Below are positions 55,897 to 63,953 of a stretch of 64,000 nucleotides of DNA, piece after piece. Location of the stretch: assembly GCA_018826905.1 (NCBI GenBank), contig JAHJYC010000003.1, positions 36,963 through 100,962 on the forward strand, read 5' to 3'. Position 1 is the stretch's first letter, and the number at the start of each line of letters is the position of its first letter. Both the position numbers and the translations under genes were made by a program. Source of the stretch: Patescibacteria group bacterium. Its GTDB lineage: Bacteria; Patescibacteriota; Minisyncoccia; Phycocordibacterales; Phycocordibacteraceae. The notes beneath the pieces were generated by a model, which was not told the origin of the DNA, searched no databases, and saw only the letters and a list, made by a program, of their open reading frames with translations.

Positions 55897-56505
55897 ATGC
55901 CTATTCCACATCCAAAGTTAGAGCGCACCTTCGTTATTGTTAAACCTGATGGTGTTCAGCGTTCTCTCATCGGAGAAATTATTAAACGCTTTGAGCGAAC
56001 TGGTCTTAAGCTTATTGGTCTTAAGCTCACCGTTCTTGATGCAGACCGTATCTGGAAGCACTACAGCAAGGATGATGCTTGGTTCATAAAGAAAGGAACT
56101 AAGATTGCTGAAGACCGCGCTGCAGCTGGGCTTTCGGCTGAGAAGGAGCCTATTGAGTACGGAAAGGACATCATTAGAGCTCTAGAGAAGTTCATGACTT
56201 CTGGGCCGGTGGTGATGATGGCATGGGAAGGAAACTCTGCAGTAAGTGTTGTTACAAAACTCGTAGGAGACACAGAGCCGACAAGCTCTGATGTGGGTAC
56301 TATTCGTGGAGATTTCACAATTGATTCGTACAACATCGCAGCAGTTGATGATCGCGCAGTGCGCAACCTCATTCACTGCTCAGATACTCCTGAGAATGGA
56401 GAGAACGAGATTAACCTCTGGTTCACTCCTGAGGAATTGATTACGTATCGCCTGGTTGGAGACCAGATCATTTACGACGTGAATCTAGACGGGATTTTGG
56501 AATAG
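55897..56505 (+). CDS. ndk: Nucleoside diphosphate kinase
   Basis: ERTFVIVKPDGVQR, SGPVV, GTIRGD and NLIHCSD motifs. Confidence 0.95.
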   Translation: MPIPHPKLERTFVIVKPDGVQRSLIGEIIKRFERTGLKLIGLKLTVLDADRIWKHYSKDDAWFIKKGTKIAEDRAAAGLSAEKEPIEYGKDIIRALEKFMTSGPVVMMAWEGNSAVSVVTKLVGDTEPTSSDVGTIRGDFTIDSYNIAAVDDRAVRNLIHCSDTPENGENEINLWFTPEELITYRLVGDQIIYDVNLDGILE

Positions 56506-56529
56506 TATTTCCCAAAGGTATACTTTTCC

Positions 56530-56667
56530 CGGAGCCGTCCCTAAAACGCAACTTGCTTAATTTTCGGGAGTCTTATATTCACGTGTCGGGGTGCTCCTTT
56601 AAGGACTAACCGGTGCGATGCGGGCACCCACGTGGCATCAAAAAGTTGCCACATGGGGACGGTTCCG
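56530..56667 (+). ncRNA. Probable 6S RNA (ssrS)-like rod-shaped RNA
   Basis: -10 TATACT at 56519-56524; nested pairings cggagccgtccc/gggacggttccg, gcaactt/aagttgc and cacgtg..gggtgctc/gggcacccacgtg around an unpaired central bubble; terminator at 56666-56700. Confidence 0.55.
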
Positions 56668-56715
56668 ACGAAAGCTCGCCATTATGGCGGGCTTTCGTCG
56701 TGCTACCATACCTCC

Positions 56716-57075
56716 ATGCGTCTCCCGTGGCTCATTTCTGCACTCATACTTGCAGCAGTGCTTGCGCTCCTACAGCATGTAGCACTCGCTGACTATTTGT
56801 ACTGGAGGTATCCTTGGTTTGATACACTCATGCACTTTTTGGGAGGACTTACGGTTGCTTGTTTTGCTGTGGGATTGCTACGGAAACACCGTGCACAATT
56901 ATTTCTAGTTGGAATGGTCGCTATCGCTGTTGGATGGGAAGTGTTTGAATTTGCTATAGGAACTCAAAGAGAGGCTAATTTTGTATTTGATACATCACTT
57001 GATTTGCTTATGGACACATTGGGAATGGTAACGGTGTACTTAGTCGCTAGATATACGCTATGGCGCTCCGCGTAA
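56716..57075 (+). CDS. Membrane protein (VanZ/DUF2238-like)
   Basis: WFDTLMHFLGG...WEVFE...DTSLDLLMDTLG; 4 TMs. Confidence 0.7.
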   Translation: MRLPWLISALILAAVLALLQHVALADYLYWRYPWFDTLMHFLGGLTVACFAVGLLRKHRAQLFLVGMVAIAVGWEVFEFAIGTQREANFVFDTSLDLLMDTLGMVTVYLVARYTLWRSA

Positions 57076-58457
57076 CATTTCATGGTGGAGCCGGGTCTGT
57101 GACAGGCTCTAATTTCCTTGTTGAGGGCTCTAAAGGAAGACTGCTTGTTGATTGCGGACTAGAGCAAGGACAGGATTTTTGTATGCAGTGTATGTATGCA
57201 CCATTTCCCTATGACGTATCTTCAATTGATGCGCTCGTTATAACGCACGCGCACCTAGATCATATTGGGAGGGGCCCTAAGCTGATTAAGGAGGGCTTTA
57301 GGGGAACTGTTTATATGACACCTCCTACTCGTGATTTAACAGCACTTATGCTCAAGGATAGCGTAGGGCTTTTGGCGCGAGAAGCGAAGCGTCTCGGGCA
57401 AGACCCTTTGTATTCAGAACAGGATGCCACGAGTTTCATGGAGAGCGTGGTAACTGTTGGATATCATGAAGAGAAGGAGGTCGCCCCTGGTCTCTCTGTG
57501 TACTTAAGAGACACTGGACACATTCTCGGCGCCGCAAGCGTCCGCATTAAGGACACAGAGGATGGTACGAGTCTTTTGTGCACTGGAGACATTGGAAACA
57601 CACCGAACCCCTACCTTGCAGACTTTGAGCTCGCCCCTGATGCTGACGCAGTTATTATGGAGGCCGTATATGGAGACCGGCAACACGAGCACGTTGCTGA
57701 GCGAGTCCCACGTCTCCGGGACGCGATGAAGCGGGCTATTGAGCGTGGCGGAGCTATTCTGATGCCTGCCTTCTCTATGGAACGCACACAGCTCATGCTA
57801 TACGAGCTTTCTAACTTAATGGAGGCAGGGGAGATTCCACAGATTCCAGTGTTCTTGGATTCTCCGCTCGCCATATCTGTAACAGATGTGTATGAGAAAT
57901 GGGCTGGGGAATACTTTAATAAGGAGGCAAGAGAAGAGATGAAAAAGGAGCACAGTATCTTTAGATTCCCGTTTCTTTCCATGACACCCTCTAGAGAAGA
58001 CTCAGAAACAATTGCGAGCGCACCAAACCCAAAGCTTATTATTGCGGGTGCCGGTATGAGTCACGGAGGAAGAATTGGAAAGTGGGAGACAAAGTATCTT
58101 CCTGATCCTAAAACCACACTCTTTATTGTAGGGTACCAAGCACCGGGAAGTCCTGGGAGATTGCTTCAGGACGGAGCACCAAAGGTAAAACTTGATGGGA
58201 GGGAGGTGAAAGTAAAGGCAAAGATTGAAACCCTTACCAGCTGGTCAGCACATGCAGATAGAGATGGACTCCTAAAGTTTGCTGAAGGCACTCTTCCACG
58301 CGCTAAAGCGATCTTTGTCTCTATTGGAGAGCCAACAAGCCAGAGATTCTTAGCACAGCGTATTCACGACTACTTGGGAGCTAAAGCTATCGTACCCTCT
58401 CAGGGAGAGGTGTGGAATATAACAAAAGAAGGAGCGCAAAAAGAAAAGGCCCTATAG
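57060..58457 (+). CDS. Metallo-beta-lactamase beta-CASP ribonuclease
   Basis: GSVTGS, THAHLDHIG, GHILG, TGDIG, GYQA and SAHAD motifs. Confidence 0.9.
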   Translation: MALRVTFHGGAGSVTGSNFLVEGSKGRLLVDCGLEQGQDFCMQCMYAPFPYDVSSIDALVITHAHLDHIGRGPKLIKEGFRGTVYMTPPTRDLTALMLKDSVGLLAREAKRLGQDPLYSEQDATSFMESVVTVGYHEEKEVAPGLSVYLRDTGHILGAASVRIKDTEDGTSLLCTGDIGNTPNPYLADFELAPDADAVIMEAVYGDRQHEHVAERVPRLRDAMKRAIERGGAILMPAFSMERTQLMLYELSNLMEAGEIPQIPVFLDSPLAISVTDVYEKWAGEYFNKEAREEMKKEHSIFRFPFLSMTPSREDSETIASAPNPKLIIAGAGMSHGGRIGKWETKYLPDPKTTLFIVGYQAPGSPGRLLQDGAPKVKLDGREVKVKAKIETLTSWSAHADRDGLLKFAEGTLPRAKAIFVSIGEPTSQRFLAQRIHDYLGAKAIVPSQGEVWNITKEGAQKEKAL

Positions 58458-58481
58458 GGCCTTTTCTCATTTGTTGGATGG

Positions 58482-58829
58482 TTACCCAACCTTCTTAACG
58501 ATGCGTGTGAACACCTCTGGCTCAGTTGCAGCGAGTGTGGCGAGTACTTTTCGGTCTAGACCGATCTCAGCCTTCTTAAGGGCGTTGATGAAAGTACTGT
58601 ATGACTTAAAGCCATTCTCACGAACTGCAGCATTGAGTCGTACAATCCAAAGCTGACGGAAGTCAGTCTTCTTGTCGCGACGGTGGTTGAACGCATTCTT
58701 ACCTGCGTGTACCAAAGATTCCTTTGCGAGGCGTACCTTAGTTGATCGTCCATGACGATACCCCTTAGCACGCAAGAGAATATTCTTGCGACGCTTTGCT
58801 GATGCTACTCCTCCTTTTACTCGTGCCAT
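58482..58829 (-). CDS. rplT: 50S ribosomal protein L20
   Basis: [27 protein letters not shown] and LDRKVLA motifs. Confidence 0.97.
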   Translation of the reverse strand: MARVKGGVASAKRRKNILLRAKGYRHGRSTKVRLAKESLVHAGKNAFNHRRDKKTDFRQLWIVRLNAAVRENGFKSYSTFINALKKAEIGLDRKVLATLAATEPEVFTRIVKKVG

Positions 58830-58848
58830 ACAATAGTAATTACTGAAA

Positions 58849-59043
58849 TTATTTGGTTGTCGTCTTGCTCAAGAACTGGCGAACAATGCGCTTAGGAACT
58901 GAGATGATGTTCGCGCGTCTCTTCACGGTCTTTGTGCGTCCGCGCTCTTTTGCATTGAAATGGTCCTGACCAGGCTTGCGTGCAACAAGCTTCCCGTTTC
59001 GGGTCACCTTAATGCGCTTTGTGTATGACTTATTCGTTTTCAT
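58849..59043 (-). CDS. rpmI: 50S ribosomal protein L35
   Basis: [19 protein letters not shown]...HFNAK; lies between infC and rplT. Confidence 0.9.
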   Translation of the reverse strand: MKTNKSYTKRIKVTRNGKLVARKPGQDHFNAKERGRTKTVKRRANIISVPKRIVRQFLSKTTTK

Positions 59044-59620
59044 GGGTAGGTGATTCGGGTGGTGTCTGTTGCGGTTTTTTAGCGGCCTCCGCAATGGCCT
59101 TGCTGTCGCGTTCAATAATTCCTGCGAACCCTTTCGGAGCGCGAGCGATTGGCTCAGCTATCTTGTAGGGGTAGGGAATAAGGAGCACAAACTTCTCCAG
59201 CCGGGTCTTGAGGAATGTCTCCTCCATACCCTTGTATCGGCCTTTGAGGAAGAGCTCAACGCGTACTCGGTGCCCGTCAGCGAGCCACTCGGCTGCTTTC
59301 TTGGCTTTGAGACGCATATCGTTCTCTCCAGTGCCCACTTTGATCTGGACCTCCTTCGTCTCGGAGACCTTTACCTTGGCCCTGGCAGCACTCTCTCGCT
59401 TGCTTCTCTCGTACTCGAATTTACCATAATCCATTATTTTAGCAACGGGAGGAATGGCATTTGGAGAGATTTCAATAAGGTCCAGGGTGAGGTCCTGGGC
59501 GCGCTTGAGGGCTTCTTCCGTAGAGATAACACCCAGGTTTTCTCCCTGAGCGCCAATAACACGCAATTCGCGTGCTTTGATCTCTTTATTTATGCGTATG
59601 CGGTCGGAATTAGTACTCAA
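59030..59620 (-). CDS. infC: Translation initiation factor IF-3 (non-ATG start, TTG)
   Basis: RINKEI, LDLIEISP...PPVAKIMDYGKF and KEVQI motifs; no in-frame ATG at the N-terminus. Confidence 0.93.
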   Translation of the reverse strand: MSTNSDRIRINKEIKARELRVIGAQGENLGVISTEEALKRAQDLTLDLIEISPNAIPPVAKIMDYGKFEYERSKRESAARAKVKVSETKEVQIKVGTGENDMRLKAKKAAEWLADGHRVRVELFLKGRYKGMEETFLKTRLEKFVLLIPYPYKIAEPIARAPKGFAGIIERDSKAIAEAAKKPQQTPPESPTHENE

Positions 59621-59735
59621 AGCTGTTTAGTGTATATATTTTAGCACGCAAATCCTCAATAAACAAGGTACTGTAAGGATATTTTACAAATAACACCCGC
59701 CTGCACAGATGCAGGCGGGTGTTATGAAAGGGGTC

Positions 59736-60023
59736 CTATTGAGCTGCTGAGCTGGTAGCAGAATTAATGTCGTTGCTGAAGTCGCGAAGAAGCTGAGAGA
59801 GGACCTCTAGTTCGTCCTGACAGTCTGATTTGCTTCCTGCATTCGGGCCAGAACAGACCTCAGCAATACGTGCTCGCTGAGCTGTTATGTCTTCTTTGCC
59901 TTCCTGGAGCACGGTACCCAAATCCTTCTTCGGATTCATGATAACGAAGAGAGCTATGATGAGAAGAACGGCAAGAATTCCTGCAACGGACCAAGCGAGA
60001 GTAAGCTGTTTTTTAGTGTTCAT
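59736..60023 (-). CDS. Hypothetical single-TM protein with a Cys pair
   Basis: N-terminal TM, helical body; terminator at 59691-59724. Confidence 0.65.
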   Translation of the reverse strand: MNTKKQLTLAWSVAGILAVLLIIALFVIMNPKKDLGTVLQEGKEDITAQRARIAEVCSGPNAGSKSDCQDELEVLSQLLRDFSNDINSATSSAAQ

Positions 60024-60124
60024 GTCTGAATTGAGGTTATGTGTGCATTGTACACCTTTTGGCTGAATGGTTCATGAAATACAAAAGCCCTGGATATCCA
60101 GGGCTTTTGTGCAAAGAGGGAGTG

Positions 60125-60769
60125 TTAGGCTCCAGACTCTTCCGTAGGCATTTCCTCCTCAGGGGACACAATAGCGTCTACCTCTATAGTAGCGTCCATT
60201 GCTCCTTCCGTCGTTTCCTCAGTAGCTGGAACAGAGTTCTCTTCTGTCACTTGCTCTTCTTCCACAGAAGCCTCGGTTTCAGCAGAGAGATCGTATCCAG
60301 CGTCCTCTAGAAGTGCTGCGAGGTCTTCATCTGAGACGTTTAGAGCAAGCTCAGCGTCTTCTGAAATCATTGCATCGTCTTCTGCAACAACGGCAGTGTC
60401 ACTCTCTTCAGAGAATGAGCCATCACCATCATCTACAACGATAGCTGCTGAAATAGTTCCGCCTGCAACGATTGCTCCATTTCGGTGCTTCACGTGCACA
60501 TTGCGGTGTTCACCAGCTGACATGAGCTCACTTGAGCCAACAACACTCTTGTTTCCGGCTGCGTCAGTTGAGTACACAACAACATAGCCAGACTGTGCGA
60601 GTTTGGCATACGTAACAACAGTCTCGTCAGATGGTTGCTGGTCAGAGACGAGCACTGCGTTTTCATCAGTAATAAGCGATGCCTCAGCTTGCTGAGAGTT
60701 ATTCCAGTACCAGGCAAAAGCGCCAAGCAATATAACTACAACCGCAATAATCAATACCTTACTTTTCAT
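60125..60769 (-). CDS. Membrane-anchored acidic protein with a beta-sandwich-like domain
   Basis: N-terminal TM; 'VSDQ...VVTYAKLAQSGYVVV...VVGSSELMSAGEH..V'; acidic tail. Confidence 0.7.
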   Translation of the reverse strand: MKSKVLIIAVVVILLGAFAWYWNNSQQAEASLITDENAVLVSDQQPSDETVVTYAKLAQSGYVVVYSTDAAGNKSVVGSSELMSAGEHRNVHVKHRNGAIVAGGTISAAIVVDDGDGSFSEESDTAVVAEDDAMISEDAELALNVSDEDLAALLEDAGYDLSAETEASVEEEQVTEENSVPATEETTEGAMDATIEVDAIVSPEEEMPTEESGA

Positions 60770-60889
60770 ATGAGTAGGAACGTTTACTAAGTAATACCCT
60801 TTAAAGATAGCACTTGAGAAGTTCGTTCATGAACGCTTCAGGGGAGGAGGAGTACTGTGGAGCATATTACTTTTAATCCAATTCAAGAC

Positions 60890-61102
60890 ATGGCAACAAT
60901 TGTGAACAACCCAAATCCAGAATCATCAGGAGGCGCAGGAGGATGGATTATCGCAGGCGTACTTATTATCGCTGTTGTGCTGATTGCCATATTTGTGTGG
61001 CCAGGCTTCGGCAATCAGGGGAGCGTCCCCACCCCTACGCAAGTAAATGTTGAAATCCCCACCCCTGACCTAGGAGGAGGGGAAGGAGCGCCCGCTCAAT
61101 AG
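60890..61102 (+). CDS. Small single-TM protein
   Basis: MATIVNNPNPESSGGAGGWIIAGVLIIAVVLIAIFVWP. Confidence 0.65.
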   Translation: MATIVNNPNPESSGGAGGWIIAGVLIIAVVLIAIFVWPGFGNQGSVPTPTQVNVEIPTPDLGGGEGAPAQ

Positions 61103-61134
61103 TCTTATTCATTCCTTAACGTAACTAAATTCTT

Positions 61135-61386
61135 ATGGCATTTCTTATCTGGATTATTTTTGGAGCTCTCGCAGGATGGATCGCATCAATGATTATGAAG
61201 ACAAATGGACAGCAGGGACTTCTGCTAGACATTATCGTCGGTATCGTTGGAGCTGTTCTTGGAGGATGGATTATGAACTTCTTCGGAGAGGGAGGAGTGG
61301 ATGGGTTCAACCTCTACAGCTTCCTCGTTGCAATCCTTGGAGCAGTTGTATTGCTCGCAATCGTGAAGATGGTGCGTCGCGCATAA
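61135..61386 (+). CDS. GlsB/YeaQ/YmgE (transglycosylase-associated) membrane protein
   Basis: WIIFGALAGWIAS...IIVGIVGAVLGG...VAILGAVVLL. Confidence 0.9.
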   Translation: MAFLIWIIFGALAGWIASMIMKTNGQQGLLLDIIVGIVGAVLGGWIMNFFGEGGVDGFNLYSFLVAILGAVVLLAIVKMVRRA

Positions 61387-61458
61387 AACCTCTTCGCAGG
61401 ATACACAAAGAGCCGCATGATGCGGCTCTTTGTGTATAGAAAAACTCCTGCCGATTGC

Positions 61459-61794
61459 TCAGCAGGAGGGGTGGATTGAAAGAACCTTTGTGACGTTAAG
61501 TCGTCCGTGTTTGGAGTTGTATAGCGTCTCGCAGGAGACAACGTCTCCTATGTTCAGGGAGACATGCCGTACATTTTGAAACTTTCGGAGTGTGCACAGC
61601 CAGAGAAAGATCCCTTCACCGTCCGCAGTTTCAAGAATGGCGTAACCCTTGTGGAAGGCTATTCTTGAAACCCTTCCTTCAACAGGGAAGAGTGCTCCGA
61701 TATCAGGCTCAGTCTCCCTTGCAAGTTGCTTCTTCTTGTATCTGGACATTTTCGGAGCGTTTCCGGAATGTCTTTTCTTCTTTCCTCTTTTCAC
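61459..61794 (-). CDS. SD-led stand-alone mini-gene; divergent cold-shock (OB) domain with basic N-tail
   Basis: TTGACC-N17-TACTAC; GGGAGG (rc 61800-61805) 5 nt before GTG; 'GRVSRIAFHKGYAILETADGEGIFLW...LNIGDVVSCE' parallels the CSD RNP1/RNP2 layout. Confidence 0.62.
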   Translation of the reverse strand: MKRGKKKRHSGNAPKMSRYKKKQLARETEPDIGALFPVEGRVSRIAFHKGYAILETADGEGIFLWLCTLRKFQNVRHVSLNIGDVVSCETLYNSKHGRLNVTKVLSIHPSC

Positions 61795-61882
61795 CGTATC
61801 CTCCCAGGTGTCTACTAGTCTGTAGTACCGCATAGAGGTATCCAGGTCAATTCTCTCTGGAAGGGGGTATACTTTTGAGAAT

Positions 61883-62542
61883 ATGAATGAATTCTGGGGG
61901 GCAGTCGGTTTTTATCTAATTGATAATCTACTCGGCATTGTCACGCTAATCCTCGCGTACTTTGCAGGACACGCAGCCGCAAAGATTAACCGCAAGAATA
62001 AGATTGCCGATGTCGTGATGCACTGTATTGATAGGTACGATGCTATTGCAAGAGATAAAGCGCTAATTGAAAACAAGTACCAAGCACATGGATACTATCG
62101 TCGGTACTTTGGTCTTAAAAGCGACCAGTTTGATTATTGGCTCTCAGGGCTCATTGATGCAGAGAATATTTCCAGTTGGCTGTATTCATTGCTTAACTCA
62201 TTTGAACAAGGAAAGCGCGTGCACTATGTAGAGAATGGAGAAGAAAAGTGGATGACGTTCCATGAGGGATGGGAGAAGAGTAAGACTTCGCATGATGCAC
62301 CGAACATTGTGTTTGTGAGAGTTATTGAACGTATTCAGGAACTTTCTCGGGCACCCATGGATACGAGAAGCAAATACTACGAACTCATTTCGCTTTTGTG
62401 CACCGTTGAGAAGGCAGAGCGAGATGTTATTAAATTTGCGGATATAAGTTTTATTAACCGGCGTATTCGCGGAGGAGATATGCGTGCGTTTCAGAAGATG
62501 GAGCGTAAGCATCACACGCGTGCAGGGAAGGTTGAGCAGTAG
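61883..62542 (+). CDS. Hypothetical membrane-anchored protein
   Basis: 219-aa ORF with N-terminal TM and -10 TATACT upstream. Confidence 0.65.
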   Translation: MNEFWGAVGFYLIDNLLGIVTLILAYFAGHAAAKINRKNKIADVVMHCIDRYDAIARDKALIENKYQAHGYYRRYFGLKSDQFDYWLSGLIDAENISSWLYSLLNSFEQGKRVHYVENGEEKWMTFHEGWEKSKTSHDAPNIVFVRVIERIQELSRAPMDTRSKYYELISLLCTVEKAERDVIKFADISFINRRIRGGDMRAFQKMERKHHTRAGKVEQ

Positions 62543-62597
62543 AGCTCTTGCCGATTTGGTAAACTAGAAACTACTTACCCGTAAACATATACATATT

Positions 62598-62963
62598 ATG
62601 GCCACATACGTAGATGGATTTGTGCTCTCAATCCCAAAAGCAAAGAAAGCAGAGTATAAGAAGCTTGCACGAGAGGCGGCACTTGTATGGAAGAAGTTCG
62701 GAGCTCTGGAGTATAAGGAGTGCCGCGCGAATGATATGAGTCCGAAGGGAGTTACGTTTACATTCCCTAAGATGGCAAAGACAAAAGAAGATGAGGAAGT
62801 ATGGTTCTCCTATATTGTATTTAACTCTCGCGCAGAGCGGAATGCGATTAACAAGAAGGTAATGGCGTACTTTGATGAGAAGTATGCAGGCAAGGAAATG
62901 GCAATGCCGTTTGATATGAAGCGGTTTGCGTATGGTGGGTTTGTTACGGAAGTAGAAGCATAG
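62598..62963 (+). CDS. DUF1428 (YbaA) family protein
   Basis: YVDGFV, GALEYKEC, EEVWFS and MPFDMKRFAYGGF motifs. Confidence 0.9.
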   Translation: MATYVDGFVLSIPKAKKAEYKKLAREAALVWKKFGALEYKECRANDMSPKGVTFTFPKMAKTKEDEEVWFSYIVFNSRAERNAINKKVMAYFDEKYAGKEMAMPFDMKRFAYGGFVTEVEA

Positions 62964-62981
62964 TCTGCAGATACGCCCGAC

Positions 62982-63911
62982 ATGTCAGAAGGTCTAACAT
63001 TCACTCCAGAGAAGCCTCTTAGCGAACATGAGAAGCTTGTTCGGTCCTGGAAGAAGGGACCAGTTATACTGGCGTCTGGTTCTTCTTTTAAACTTGAGAG
63101 TTTGCGCGCACTTGGTATGCCACAGGCAGTGGGGGTGTCAGTGCCTGAAATTGTAGAGGAGGATCTCTTTGAAAAGGTTGGTGACCGATCAATGCACATG
63201 CATGAAATGGTTGCGGCTATGGTGGCGAGAGAAAAGGTACGGCATGTCCTAAAAGACGGTGCTCCTGAAGATGCGCTCGTGTGCGCGTTTGATACCGTTG
63301 TTATGGAGACAACAGGTTCGCTCCAGAACAAGAAGCGTCGCTATCTTCAGAAGCCTGAAACAAGAGAGCAAGCGACTGCAGATCTCACTACGTACTTTAC
63401 AAATCTTGTAGAAGGAAAGGAGTGGAAGGATGTGGTTACGAAAGGTCTAGTTGAAGAAGCGAGGAGGTTAGGACGTGAAGACTCTCTTGAATCACTGCTT
63501 TCCGTTGGGTACCCTCAATCTCTCATACACATAACAACCGGTATGGCAGTACGGGTGCCGAATGCAGGGGATGATGTAGATATGATTTTCTCTGTCATGC
63601 GGCTTACCCCTACAGTCCTGCAGGATCTCGTACCTCTCTCAGCTGAAAAGCGACGAGCTCGTATAGAAGAAATTGTAGAGAAGGCACTTTCTATAATGGA
63701 TGATAATGAGCGATGGCGTTCTATAACAACAGGGATTGATTATTCTGATCCACGGATTAAAGAGCTCCTCGGGTTAACTGAAGCCAAGATATTTTCAGAT
63801 ATGGATGAGAGCGAAGAGGGAATAATGAAGGGGATGCCCAAAGAAGCCTTTGAAAAGTATCTGAGTGCGCTTGCCGAGGAGCAAGTAGAGCCGAGCTCTG
63901 ATGCAGTATGA
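62982..63911 (+). CDS. Divergent Maf-family nucleotide pyrophosphatase-like protein
   Basis: VILASGS, AREK, AFDTVV and LQKP motifs; the C-terminal half diverges. Confidence 0.6.
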   Translation: MSEGLTFTPEKPLSEHEKLVRSWKKGPVILASGSSFKLESLRALGMPQAVGVSVPEIVEEDLFEKVGDRSMHMHEMVAAMVAREKVRHVLKDGAPEDALVCAFDTVVMETTGSLQNKKRRYLQKPETREQATADLTTYFTNLVEGKEWKDVVTKGLVEEARRLGREDSLESLLSVGYPQSLIHITTGMAVRVPNAGDDVDMIFSVMRLTPTVLQDLVPLSAEKRRARIEEIVEKALSIMDDNERWRSITTGIDYSDPRIKELLGLTEAKIFSDMDESEEGIMKGMPKEAFEKYLSALAEEQVEPSSDAV

Positions 63912-63953
63912 TGTGGGTATTCAAGTGAGCTGAAATATAACTAACACTGCACT

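Noticed and set aside
60841-60889. GGAGGAGGAG before GTG 60857 as another SD+ mini-gene
   Set aside because: ATG 60890 (MATIVNN...) with an A/U-rich leader and native codon usage is the more plausible start; it remains ambiguous, so it was not counted.
8063-61850. Mini-genes as integron cassettes, prophage or IS cargo
   Set aside because: I saw no integrase, transposase or phage genes, no attC-like repeated elements, and no terminal repeats or target-site duplications; the units are dispersed and carry their own promoters.
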